DNA from: a virus
Lineage: Duplodnaviria; Caudoviricetes
Virus record (IMG/VR): IMGVR_UViG_3300011437_000005
Coordinates: 1 to 48,708 of that record
Length of the DNA stretch: 48,708 nt
Reading direction: 5' to 3' (one strand)
How positions within the stretch are numbered: position 1 is the first letter of the stretch; each line of letters starts with the position of its first letter. Shown here in pieces: positions 16,051 to 24,739 of the stretch. The position numbers and the translations under genes were made by a program. The notes under the pieces are model-generated. The model did no database searches. It saw only the letters and a program-made list of their open reading frames with translations, and was not told where the DNA came from.

Positions 16051-17652
16051 TCACTTGGCCTTCGCCTTCGGCTTGGCGGTCTTCTTGGTCTTCGGCTTCG
16101 CCACGGCGGCCGCGGCCAGCAGCTTCGCGTGGTTGACGCCGATCGCCTTCAAGCCGGCGACGAAGTTGGTTTTGCGACGGTCGCCGTAGCCGGGCACGTA
16201 GCCGACCAGCTGCTCGGCGATCAGGCCGAGCAGGTCGGCGTGGGTGCGGTCCTTGTCGGCGAGCCACTTCGTGAGGAACGCCGACGGCGCGTTGTAGTTG
16301 TTCGGCTTCACAGTTGCCGACATCCCGCGCCGCAGCGCCGCGCGGTGATCGGCACGCTCGCGGAACTCATTGACGGTCCCACTCGCGCACGCGCGCAGCA
16401 GCTCCAGGTTGCTGGTGGCGTTCGCCAGACCCTTGCCCACCGCCTGGTAGTGCTCATGGATCTTCTGCAGGCCGGCCTCGAGCGCCGCCTTCTCGAGCAG
16501 CTGCGCGGCGCGGCGCGCGCGCTCGGCCTTGGCGTAGCTGTTGTCCTTCGTAGAGCTCTCGCCGCGCGGCGGCCGCGTCAGGCGCTCGGCGGTCTCGCGC
16601 GGCACGACGCGATGGATGCCCCCCGTGTCGGGGTTTCGGACCAGGCGGAACTCGGCCTCCTTGCCCTTCAGCTTCTTCCGCCACTTCTTGCCGTCGCGGT
16701 AGTCCTCGGCCTCGACGTCAATCCAGTTGTGCGACAGGTGCCGACGGTTGTAGCCCTTCTCGAAGACCTTCCGCCCGTCGTCGAGCACCGACTCGCCGCG
16801 CGCCTTGGCCGCGGCCGAGAGGATCGCCCAGGCCGCGTCGCACTTGCCGCGGTAGCACTTCGCGTCGGTGCAGAGGTCCTGGTCCTTCACGTCGCCGAAC
16901 AGCGAGGGCTGGCCGCCGGTGCGCTTGGGGCACGGGCCGCACGCGCCCGCGGCCGGCACCAGGTTTGCGTCCTTCGGATCGAAGGGCGCGTCGCCGAGCT
17001 TCAGCAGGAAGTCCCGGCCGATGATCTCCCGCACGTGACGCACGTTGGTCAGGTGGCCTTCGTTCCGGGCGTAGCCCTGGCCGTTCGGTGCGAGCTCCTT
17101 CCAGATGCGCTCGCGCTCGCCGGCGTTGGCGACGCGGCCGATCTGCTCGGCGACGGCGACGCTCATCTCGCCGGCCGCGAGCGCCTTCTTCGCCGGAGCC
17201 GGCAGCTGGGCGAGCACCATGCGCCGGCGCACGTAGCTCTCCGACTTGCCGACGCGCGCGGCGATCTCGAGCACGGGCAGGCCGCTCCGCTCGAGCAGCT
17301 CGAACGCCGTGGCCTCCTCGACGGGCGGGAGGTCCTCGCGCTGCACGTTCTCGACGATCGCCAGGCGCCGCGCTTCGTCGTCGTCGACGTCGACGATGCG
17401 GGCCGGGATCGTCTGGAGGCCGGCGTCGCGCGCGGCCGCGACGCGCCGGTTGCCGGCGATCACCTCGAACACGTGGCCGCTCCGGCGCACCACGATGCTC
17501 TGCAGGATGCCGTCGCGCTTGATCGACTCGACCAGCTCGTCGTGGCTCTCCTTGGGTTCGGTGCGGCGGGGGTTGAGGGTCTTGCTGGTGGTCAGCTTCA
17601 GCAGCGGCAGAGCCTCGATGCTCTGCTCTCTCGTGGTCTCGGTCGTGGTCAT
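16051..17652 (-). CDS. parB: Long ParB/RepB/Spo0J-family protein (PRTRC ParB-like) with HTH and Cys cluster
   Basis: LNPRR...ELVESIKRDGILQSIVVR...FEVIAGNRRVAAA...ENVQREDLPPVEEA; IAARVGKSESYVRRR; CGPCPKRT...CTDAKCY. Confidence 0.92.
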   Translation of the reverse strand: MTTTETTREQSIEALPLLKLTTSKTLNPRRTEPKESHDELVESIKRDGILQSIVVRRSGHVFEVIAGNRRVAAARDAGLQTIPARIVDVDDDEARRLAIVENVQREDLPPVEEATAFELLERSGLPVLEIAARVGKSESYVRRRMVLAQLPAPAKKALAAGEMSVAVAEQIGRVANAGERERIWKELAPNGQGYARNEGHLTNVRHVREIIGRDFLLKLGDAPFDPKDANLVPAAGACGPCPKRTGGQPSLFGDVKDQDLCTDAKCYRGKCDAAWAILSAAAKARGESVLDDGRKVFEKGYNRRHLSHNWIDVEAEDYRDGKKWRKKLKGKEAEFRLVRNPDTGGIHRVVPRETAERLTRPPRGESSTKDNSYAKAERARRAAQLLEKAALEAGLQKIHEHYQAVGKGLANATSNLELLRACASGTVNEFRERADHRAALRRGMSATVKPNNYNAPSAFLTKWLADKDRTHADLLGLIAEQLVGYVPGYGDRRKTNFVAGLKAIGVNHAKLLAAAAVAKPKTKKTAKPKAKAK

Positions 17653-17921
17653 GGGCGTTCCTTGGGTTTGGGCGTTGTGGGACGGACGGTCGGCCAGACA
17701 TCGTTGGCGTGGCGCTCAAGGATCGCGCGCAGCTTCTCGAGCGACTCGCGGGTGCGGAACACGAGGACCACCTGGCGATCGTCGGCCTCGAGCCAGAAGT
17801 GGACCTCGCCCGTCGCCCCGCTCGGGCCGGCGCTACTGACGTTGTAGGCAGCGACCTGGGTCGGGTGGACGTAGACCTCGCGCACGGGGCGCGGGAGGCG
17901 GTTGATCGGTGGCAGGTTCAT
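17649..17921 (-). CDS. Hypothetical protein
   Basis: 90 aa; ATGA overlaps at both ends. Confidence 0.75.
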   Translation of the reverse strand: MNLPPINRLPRPVREVYVHPTQVAAYNVSSAGPSGATGEVHFWLEADDRQVVLVFRTRESLEKLRAILERHANDVWPTVRPTTPKPKERP

Positions 17922-18538
17922 CGCTTCCTCGCGCGCTTGTGGACGACGCTCTCAACCACGGGCACGCCACCGCGGCTCTTCACGATCCGCTGTCCGGTCT
18001 CGCGCACCGCCGGCTTCACCTTGGTGCGCTTGGCGACCCGCGCGAGCATCACGGTCAGGGCGTCGCCGCGGATCTGCGTCGACGTCCAGGTCTCGAGCAG
18101 CGTCAGCACGCGCGCCGCGATCGAGTTCACTGGCGCCGGCTTGGTGATGTCCTGCGCGAGCGAGATCCCGGTCGCGAAGTGGTCGGCCAGCGAGCGCAGC
18201 TGCAGGTCGACCTTGTTGATGTTGTCCTGCAGGTTCTGCTCGTGCTGCGCGCGCTGCGGCAGCATCTCGATCAGGGTCTGCACGCGCGCGGTCAGCTCTT
18301 CGACGACGGTGCGATCGCGGTTCAGGTTGAAGCCGATGCGCTCCAGGTGCTCGTCGTGTTTGCGCACCAGCTCGAGCGTCGCCACCGTGCATGGCGGCAG
18401 CCCGGCGAGAGCGTCGACTCGTTGGACGATCGCAGAGAGCACGGTGCCGGTGTCTCTCAGCTGGCGCTGCATCGCCGCGATTGCGAAGCCGCTCTCCCAG
18501 GCGGGTGTCTTGGTCTTCTTCTTCCGTCTCTGTGCCAT
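17918..18538 (-). CDS. Coiled-coil hypothetical protein, first gene of the early operon
   Basis: 206 aa; strong RBS AAGGAGGAA. Confidence 0.8.
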   Translation of the reverse strand: MAQRRKKKTKTPAWESGFAIAAMQRQLRDTGTVLSAIVQRVDALAGLPPCTVATLELVRKHDEHLERIGFNLNRDRTVVEELTARVQTLIEMLPQRAQHEQNLQDNINKVDLQLRSLADHFATGISLAQDITKPAPVNSIAARVLTLLETWTSTQIRGDALTVMLARVAKRTKVKPAVRETGQRIVKSRGGVPVVESVVHKRARKR

Positions 18539-18716
18539 GGTCGTTCCTCCTTCTCTGGTCGTGGTTTCTGTCCCTCCCGGAACCCACCCCTCCGGCGCGG
18601 GCCGGCGTACCGTAGAAACCCGGACACCGGACCGCCACTGGAATCCCCGCCGCGAGCTACTATCGGCAGGTCGGCCGTCTGGCCTTTACCCCCTCCCCTT
18701 CTGGAGACCCTCCCCG
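18539..18716. promoter_or_regulatory. Divergent intergenic control region
   Basis: Only divergent junction in the genome; candidate -10 TACTAT (+, 18658-18663) and TACGGT (-, about 18609-18614). Confidence 0.5.
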
Positions 18717-19217
18717 ATGCTTCGCACACTCGCCCTTGTCTTCGCCCTGGCCGCCGCGGCCCCGGCGCAGTTTTCCTCGACCCCGTACAACTTCTCGACG
18801 TTCGGCGCCTGGTCGTGGATCAGTTGGGATGGCGCGCCGGCGCTCGTGATCGTCAGCCCTGGCGCGGAGGTCGGGCGCTTCTCGGACCCGCGGTGGGGCG
18901 CCGAGGTGCAGCTCGACATCCTCGCGACCATGCTGATCGACCCGCGGCCGTGCGCGGTCGGTGGCGCGCTGTCACTGGCGCCGGCAACGCTGCACTTCCC
19001 GGCACCCTACAACCCGCGCTGGCTCATGCCGGCGAGCGGGATGATCTTCGACATCGGCTACCACCAGCGGATGAAGTACCGCGGCGACCTCCAGCCCGGC
19101 GCGACGCGCTACAGCTGGAGCTACTGCGGGACGATGGGGTGCCGGACGTTCCAGTGCTCGCCCACCGAGCCGGCGCCGCTCTGGAACGCGGTCGTGTGCC
19201 GGCTCGTGTTCCCCTAG
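18717..19217 (+). CDS. Secreted 166-aa protein (Sec signal peptide), only plus-strand gene
   Basis: GGAGA RBS; MLRTLALVFALAAAAPA|Q cleavage site; aromatic-rich with 5 Cys; stop shares CTAG with the convergent gene. Confidence 0.85.
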   Translation: MLRTLALVFALAAAAPAQFSSTPYNFSTFGAWSWISWDGAPALVIVSPGAEVGRFSDPRWGAEVQLDILATMLIDPRPCAVGGALSLAPATLHFPAPYNPRWLMPASGMIFDIGYHQRMKYRGDLQPGATRYSWSYCGTMGCRTFQCSPTEPAPLWNAVVCRLVFP

Positions 19218-19537
19218 TAGCGGGGGTCGCCCGCGCTCCGCACCGGGGGCGCGTCGCTCGGCGTTTGCATCGCGGCTTCGGCCGCCGCGGCCGCGCACTT
19301 CGCCTCGAGCTCCTGCTGGCCCTTCCAGAGCTTCTCGACGAAGTCGAGCACCCAGGCCGGCGTGCAGCCCGCGATGTTCATGCGCGCCTTCACGACCTGG
19401 AGCGTGAGCGTGCGCAGGAACAGCGGGTCGTAGGTGATGTCGGGCGTCGTCAGGTAATCGCCGGCGAGGACCTCCTCGGCCTGCGTCTCTTCGCCAGGCA
19501 CTTCCTCCGGCGGTCGGCTCTTGTCGTTCTTGGCCAT
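19214..19537 (-). CDS. Hypothetical protein, last gene of the late operon
   Basis: 107 aa, starting 3 nt after the previous stop. Confidence 0.7.
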   Translation of the reverse strand: MAKNDKSRPPEEVPGEETQAEEVLAGDYLTTPDITYDPLFLRTLTLQVVKARMNIAGCTPAWVLDFVEKLWKGQQELEAKCAAAAAEAAMQTPSDAPPVRSAGDPRY

Positions 19538-19540
19538 TGG

Positions 19541-19831
19541 TCAGAACCTCAGCACGCGGTTGAGCACTCCCGCGAGGACCGCTTCGAGCGCCTCACGGAT
19601 GGCGGCAGCGCCGGAAACCTTGGCACCCGCTGCGATGTTGGCCACGGATGTGCCGGCCTCGTCGATCTCTTTGTCGACGTCCTCGCCGAGCGCCTTCTTC
19701 GCGGTGAGCTCGAGGAGGTCCTGGCCGACGCGCGCGGCGAGTTGCAGATCGGCGTCGGTCCAGTCGGCGCGCTTTTGCGCAACGATGGTCTTCAGCTTCT
19801 CGAGGATCTCGGAAACGAGGGGCTTGGCCAT
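19541..19831 (-). CDS. Amphipathic helical hypothetical protein (lysis-region candidate)
   Basis: 96 aa directly after the lipoprotein gene. Confidence 0.8.
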   Translation of the reverse strand: MAKPLVSEILEKLKTIVAQKRADWTDADLQLAARVGQDLLELTAKKALGEDVDKEIDEAGTSVANIAAGAKVSGAAAIREALEAVLAGVLNRVLRF

Positions 19832-19832
19832 G

Positions 19833-20069
19833 TCACTTCACCCCCATTGCCTTCGACCAGCGGACGCGCCAGCTCGCGATCAGGTCGAGCGTGCGCTGCT
19901 TCTCGGGCGCCGTCAGGGCCGCGTCGTTCTCGACGTAGCGGGTGAGCTTCGGCGCCACGATCGCGTACGTGTCGCGGTCGGCTTCCATGTAGGCCTGCGC
20001 CGGGCCCGTGCACGCCGCAGTCAGGAACGCGAGCACCAGGCCCGCGACTAGGTTTCGGCTTCTCTTCAT
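19833..20069 (-). CDS. Small lipoprotein (lysis-region candidate)
   Basis: AAAGGAGA RBS; MKRSRNLVAGLVLAFLTAA|C lipobox. Confidence 0.85.
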   Translation of the reverse strand: MKRSRNLVAGLVLAFLTAACTGPAQAYMEADRDTYAIVAPKLTRYVENDAALTAPEKQRTLDLIASWRVRWSKAMGVK

Positions 20070-20125
20070 CGGTCTCCTTTGGAGAACCGGAACCATAGAG
20101 CGGCTCGCACGGTTCGGCACCTACT

Positions 20126-20377
20126 TCACCCGCGGCTCCTGACGAGTCCGCTGTTCAGCAGCACCAGCCCGAGCTCGTCGAGCGCTGCCGCGCGCTGCGC
20201 CGGCGTGAGGCCGGTGTTCTGGATCGTCGCAACGAGGGCGTTGATCTCCGCGGCCGTGGGTCGGGCGCGGCGGATGATGTCTTTCGCGCGGTCGGCAACG
20301 GCCGTCACGGGGTGCGTGCGCAGGGCGAAAACCAGCTTCGCGGCGTTCTGCAGCGCGGCTTGGGTGGCGTTGTCCAT
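20126..20377 (-). CDS. Small helical hypothetical protein
   Basis: 83 aa, starting 3 nt after the fibre gene stop. Confidence 0.75.
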   Translation of the reverse strand: MDNATQAALQNAAKLVFALRTHPVTAVADRAKDIIRRARPTAAEINALVATIQNTGLTPAQRAAALDELGLVLLNSGLVRSRG

Positions 20378-20380
20378 GAC

Positions 20381-21478
20381 TCAGTAGGTCGTGAGAAACG
20401 TGAGGGTGACGCGGATGCGCACCTGGTCGGTCGAGGCTCCCGTGGCGTAGACGCGGGCGACGTCGCCCTCGGCGAACGCCAGCTCGGCCGAGGGTACGCC
20501 GGTGGTGATGTTGTTCGCCCACCCGACGTTGGCCATGGAGAACACGAACGTCTCGGCGCCGGCGCCGCCGTTCTTCTCGACGACGAGGGTCCAGTCGCCG
20601 GGGTCGGACGCGTGGTTGTTCTTGCCGTTCACCGCGCACCGGATCCACTTCATGGCCCGGTCGAACGCGATCTGCACGCCGCCGCTAGTGTCCTGCGTCG
20701 AGACGCTGCCGCAGTTGAGGGCCAGGGCCGTGAGCGCGGAGCCGAAGTCCTCGATCTCGCAGATGATCGGGTAGGGGAAGCCGACCAGGTTCCCCAGGTC
20801 GCCGAGCTTGGTATCGATCTGCGCGTGGGTGTTGCTGCCGATCGATTGCAGGTTCACGTGGTCGAGGAGGCCGCCAGTGTTCAGACTGGCGTGCGTGTGG
20901 TTCATGTTCGCGAACCCGGTCGCGACGATGGTCGGCGTGGTCAGCGTCTTGTTGGTGAGGGTCTGCGCGTTGGTCGTGCCGACGTTGGCGCCGGTCGCGC
21001 CGTGCGCCGCGGATGCGGCGATGTGGGACGAGAGGGCACCCGCGACGATCCCGTCCATGGTGTCCACGTAGCCCATGTTCGCCGCGTCGGGCGGAAAGGT
21101 CGGGTCGCCCACGCCAGTGATCCGTGATCCGTTTGCGTCGGCCGATTCCAGGACCGGCTGCTCGAGCGTCTTGTTCTTCAGGAGTTGCACGTTGTCCGTC
21201 CCCACGACCTCCGCGCCGGCGCCATGCGCGGCCGCGCTCGCGATGTGCGCGTCGATCTGCGCGTGCGTGTTCGTGCCAATGTCGGTGAGCATCGTGTGCG
21301 AAAGTCCCTTCGCCGCTTCGTCGAGCTTCGCGACCTCCGCCGCATCGACCTCGTACATGTGGCCGTTGCCGAGCTCGATCTGCAGCCGGTTCGTGCCGGC
21401 GTCGATCAGGCGGACCGGGCCCGCCAGCAGGTAGACCTGGCCGGCGACGACGGTCGTGCCCTTGCGATCGAGAACCAC
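20381..21478 (-). CDS. Putative fibre protein with His-containing repeats
   Basis: Repeats IG(T/S)NTHAQID x2 and HIA-x-x-AAHGA-x-x-x-x-VGT-x-N-x-Q-x-L-x-NKTL x2; C-terminal beta domain. Confidence 0.7.
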   Translation of the reverse strand: MVLDRKGTTVVAGQVYLLAGPVRLIDAGTNRLQIELGNGHMYEVDAAEVAKLDEAAKGLSHTMLTDIGTNTHAQIDAHIASAAAHGAGAEVVGTDNVQLLKNKTLEQPVLESADANGSRITGVGDPTFPPDAANMGYVDTMDGIVAGALSSHIAASAAHGATGANVGTTNAQTLTNKTLTTPTIVATGFANMNHTHASLNTGGLLDHVNLQSIGSNTHAQIDTKLGDLGNLVGFPYPIICEIEDFGSALTALALNCGSVSTQDTSGGVQIAFDRAMKWIRCAVNGKNNHASDPGDWTLVVEKNGGAGAETFVFSMANVGWANNITTGVPSAELAFAEGDVARVYATGASTDQVRIRVTLTFLTTY

Positions 21479-24234
21479 TAGACCCCCTGGATGATCGTGC
21501 TCGCGAACCAGACCTCGCAGCGCCGGCCGGTGATCCAGCGGATCACCTTGCCCAGGCGCGGCGTTCCCGGCGACAGCGTGAAGGCCGCGTCGCTCGCCAG
21601 GTAGACCGGGGCGCCGTAGTTGCCGGGCCCGGTGACGCCGGCGATGTCCATCTGCGCGACGCCCTGCTCGTAGACCTGGAGCGCGTCACGGGGCGGCCCG
21701 GCGCGCTCCGCGGCGAAGCCACCGAAGATGTCGCCCGGACGCCAGAAGCGGACGATCCCGTCCTTCATGCCGAGCGCCATGCCGGCCCACAGCTGGTCGC
21801 CTGGCGCCTTCAGCTTGCGGACGGGCAGCACGGACCGCCAGCTGCGGGAGATGTCGCCCTTTGAGACCGGGACCTGGGCCGTGAGCAACAGGCGCGCGTC
21901 ACCGAGCGCCCCGGTCGCGATCGCCGCGGTCTCGGCGCGCATGGCGAAGCCGACCGGGGAAAGCACCAGGCGCGCGTCGGTGCCGATCCCGTCGGGCGAC
22001 CAGAAGCCGGTGGCGGCCGCGGGCCGGTCCGCCAGGTTGACGCGCAGCGCTTGCTGGATCAGTCCCAGGCGCGCGTCACCGATCACGCCGGCGGCGCTCT
22101 TCGCCGGCGCGGCGCCGGCCTTCACGACCACGGGGCCCGGGAACGACATGCGCGCATCCTCGGTGCCGTCGTCGCCGAGGACCTCCGTCACGAGCGCGGG
22201 CACGTCGTCGGCGCCGACGCGCATCACGATCGAGTTCTGCGCGATCTGCAGGGCCGCGTCGCCGACCACGGTGGCCACCAGCGACTCGGCCTGTTCCGCG
22301 TTGATGAGCGCGCCGCCGAGGTTCATCGAGGCCTCGCGCACGCCCAGGTCGAGCGGGGTCGCCCACTCGGTCTGCATCTCGATGCCGCCGGCCGGGGAGC
22401 CCTGTGCAGGACCTGGTGCGCCCTCGGCGGGGGCGATCTGCGGCGCCGCCTCGATCGGCCCATACGACCAGCTCGGCGCGGTCTTCACGCGCACGTCGCC
22501 GTGGTTGTCTTCGTAGACCCGCGGGTCGGGGGCGGCGCCCTCGCGGTGTGGTGACCAGTCCCACGGCCGCAAGTCGTCCCGCGGCGCGTCGATCACGCCG
22601 AGCGTGCCGCCGTCCATCGCCTCGAAGCCATGCAGCATCGGGCCCGGGCCGTCGGGGTCGAGCGCCGCCCACTCGGGCAGGGACTTCGCGACGCCGGCGA
22701 TCGTCGCGTAGTAGGGCGTGTCGCCGCCGCGCCAGCTGGCGTTCCAGCTGTCGTCGATCGCGTTCGGAGGCGTGGCGCCGTTCAGGATGTAGAAGCGGCT
22801 GCCCTCGCCGGCCTGCTGCGAAATGAACAGGTTCCCGCGGAACTCGGTCGCCGCCAGGTTCGGTGCGGTGAAGCGGGCGAACACGGCCGCGACGCCCTCG
22901 TGCACCGCTCCGCACCAGAGCACGGCAATGCCCTGCGGCGCGAAGCCGGTGACGGCCGAGTACTCCTCAACGTGGAACACGGCCGAGCCCGTCATGGGCG
23001 CCCCGCCGAACACGGCGCAGACGCGCGCCGTGACATCGCGCGCGACGAGATGCACGTACGCGAGCGTGGTCGAGTCGGCCTCGAGGTCGCAGCGGTCGAT
23101 CGACACGTGGTCGATCCGCTCGTCCTGGTCGAGAGCCGTCGGCGCAACGTCGAGCACGACGGCGCCGCCGCGCAGCATGTCGCGGCGCACGCTCACGTGG
23201 GACGTCTGCTTCGCGCCGGCCGTTGCGTTGTTGATCGCCAGCGCCGACTTGCCGGCGCCGGGCTCGAGCATGCTCGAATGCGCGACCGAGCTGCGGTCGA
23301 GCCACCAGGCGCGCAGCACGTGGCCGAGGGCGCTGCCGGCGAAGTTGCACCCGTAGACCGTCACGTGCTTCCCGCCGATCTCGACCGTGGCCTCCTGCGT
23401 GCGCGTGGCCGTGAGCTCGACCAGGCCGACGTTGTTGCACAGGTCGAGCGCCGCGGCGCCGCTGTAGCTCTCGAGGATCACGCGGTGCCAGCCGGTGAAG
23501 TGGCAGCGGAGGTAGAGCCGGTTCAGGCGCGCGGGGAGACTCGCGTGCGCGGTGGCCGCGAAGTCGCACGCGGCGACCAGCGGGCCTTCGCCGTTGACGC
23601 CCGACCAGGCGCCGCGCAGGTCGAGGTCCACCAGGGAGAAGTCGACCAAGCCGCCGCTGCAGCGGAACAGCGGCTCGGTCGCGTCCTTGTCGAAGTAGTG
23701 GACGATCGGCCGCTCTTCCTTCCGGGGTCCGTACGAACCGATCGTGAACTTGCCGACCACGCTCGCTCCGAAGTCGAACCCTTGCTCGACGCGGAACTCC
23801 TGGCCGCGTGCGAGCAGGATCTGCACGGGCGTCGCGACGTAGGGAACGAACAGCGCCTGCGCCAGCTCGATCGCGCGCGCGAGCGTGCGGAGCGGCGCGG
23901 TCTCGCTCGTGCCGGGGCTGGCATCGTCGCCGTACTCGGCCACGTAGAACGTCGTGCCGGCGAACGCAGCGACGTCGACCTGCAGCTGCGCGACCTGCAC
24001 CGTGCCCGCGGGATCGGTGACGGTGCAGGTGATCTGGTACGTGCCCTCGCGTTCGTAGACGTGCCCGGCGCAGTGACCCTTCTGCTTGTTGGTCGGCGCC
24101 GCGGGGTCGTTGAAGTCCCACACGACGCGGCACTTCTTGACGTCGTCGGAGAGGCCGGTCACCGCGCTGGCGTCGACGCTCACCAGGAGCGGAGCCATAC
24201 CGGCGCTGAGCGTGCGCCCGATCGTGATCGCCAT
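21478..24234 (-). CDS. 918-aa virion appendage: PKD domain + right-handed beta-helix + GDARL repeats + C-terminal capsid-decoration-like domain
   Basis: WDFND...HVYEREGTYQITCTVTD (PKD); FYVAEYGDDASPGTSETAPLRTL and ILLARGQEF (beta-helix cap); C-terminus aligns with 39549-39995. Confidence 0.8.
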   Translation of the reverse strand: MAITIGRTLSAGMAPLLVSVDASAVTGLSDDVKKCRVVWDFNDPAAPTNKQKGHCAGHVYEREGTYQITCTVTDPAGTVQVAQLQVDVAAFAGTTFYVAEYGDDASPGTSETAPLRTLARAIELAQALFVPYVATPVQILLARGQEFRVEQGFDFGASVVGKFTIGSYGPRKEERPIVHYFDKDATEPLFRCSGGLVDFSLVDLDLRGAWSGVNGEGPLVAACDFAATAHASLPARLNRLYLRCHFTGWHRVILESYSGAAALDLCNNVGLVELTATRTQEATVEIGGKHVTVYGCNFAGSALGHVLRAWWLDRSSVAHSSMLEPGAGKSALAINNATAGAKQTSHVSVRRDMLRGGAVVLDVAPTALDQDERIDHVSIDRCDLEADSTTLAYVHLVARDVTARVCAVFGGAPMTGSAVFHVEEYSAVTGFAPQGIAVLWCGAVHEGVAAVFARFTAPNLAATEFRGNLFISQQAGEGSRFYILNGATPPNAIDDSWNASWRGGDTPYYATIAGVAKSLPEWAALDPDGPGPMLHGFEAMDGGTLGVIDAPRDDLRPWDWSPHREGAAPDPRVYEDNHGDVRVKTAPSWSYGPIEAAPQIAPAEGAPGPAQGSPAGGIEMQTEWATPLDLGVREASMNLGGALINAEQAESLVATVVGDAALQIAQNSIVMRVGADDVPALVTEVLGDDGTEDARMSFPGPVVVKAGAAPAKSAAGVIGDARLGLIQQALRVNLADRPAAATGFWSPDGIGTDARLVLSPVGFAMRAETAAIATGALGDARLLLTAQVPVSKGDISRSWRSVLPVRKLKAPGDQLWAGMALGMKDGIVRFWRPGDIFGGFAAERAGPPRDALQVYEQGVAQMDIAGVTGPGNYGAPVYLASDAAFTLSPGTPRLGKVIRWITGRRCEVWFASTIIQGV

Positions 24235-24259
24235 CGCGGTTCCTTTCCCCTGGCGGGGG

Positions 24260-24733
24260 TTACGAGATCAGAAGCCCCGCGTTCAGGACCGTCGCCTGCT
24301 GGTTCGCGCCGATGTTGTAGCTCTGGTCGAAACGGATCAGGCAATGGATCTTCCCGGCCGCGATCGAGTTGGCCATGACCATCCCGAACCCGCGGACGTT
24401 GTTGATCGCGCTGGCGCCGGCCTGGAGTACGGGTGGGGTCGTGAACGAGACCGTCGCGCGGTCCGCGGCGTTGTCGATCAGCACCGTGTACTCGCCGCGG
24501 TCGACGTCGTTGCCCACGTAGCCCGCTCCGCCGGCGACCGGGTTGATCCGGCCCGTGATCAGGTTGATGTCGGCGATGTCGGGGTCGGAGTTGCCCGCCC
24601 AGCCCGGGTAAGTGTTGTCGATCAGGATCAGGTAGACGACGGCGACGATCGCGTTGCCGTCGGCGTCGGTGTTGTTGTGGAAGGACGCGGCGTAGGTCGC
24701 CTTGCCCCAGTTGGTGACGATCGATGCAGCCAT
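24260..24733 (-). CDS. Putative virion structural (fibre-associated) protein
   Basis: 157 aa, Ala/Asn/Gly/Thr rich, located in the tail-fibre region. Confidence 0.75.
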   Translation of the reverse strand: MAASIVTNWGKATYAASFHNNTDADGNAIVAVVYLILIDNTYPGWAGNSDPDIADINLITGRINPVAGGAGYVGNDVDRGEYTVLIDNAADRATVSFTTPPVLQAGASAINNVRGFGMVMANSIAAGKIHCLIRFDQSYNIGANQQATVLNAGLLIS

Positions 24734-24739
24734 GGGTCT

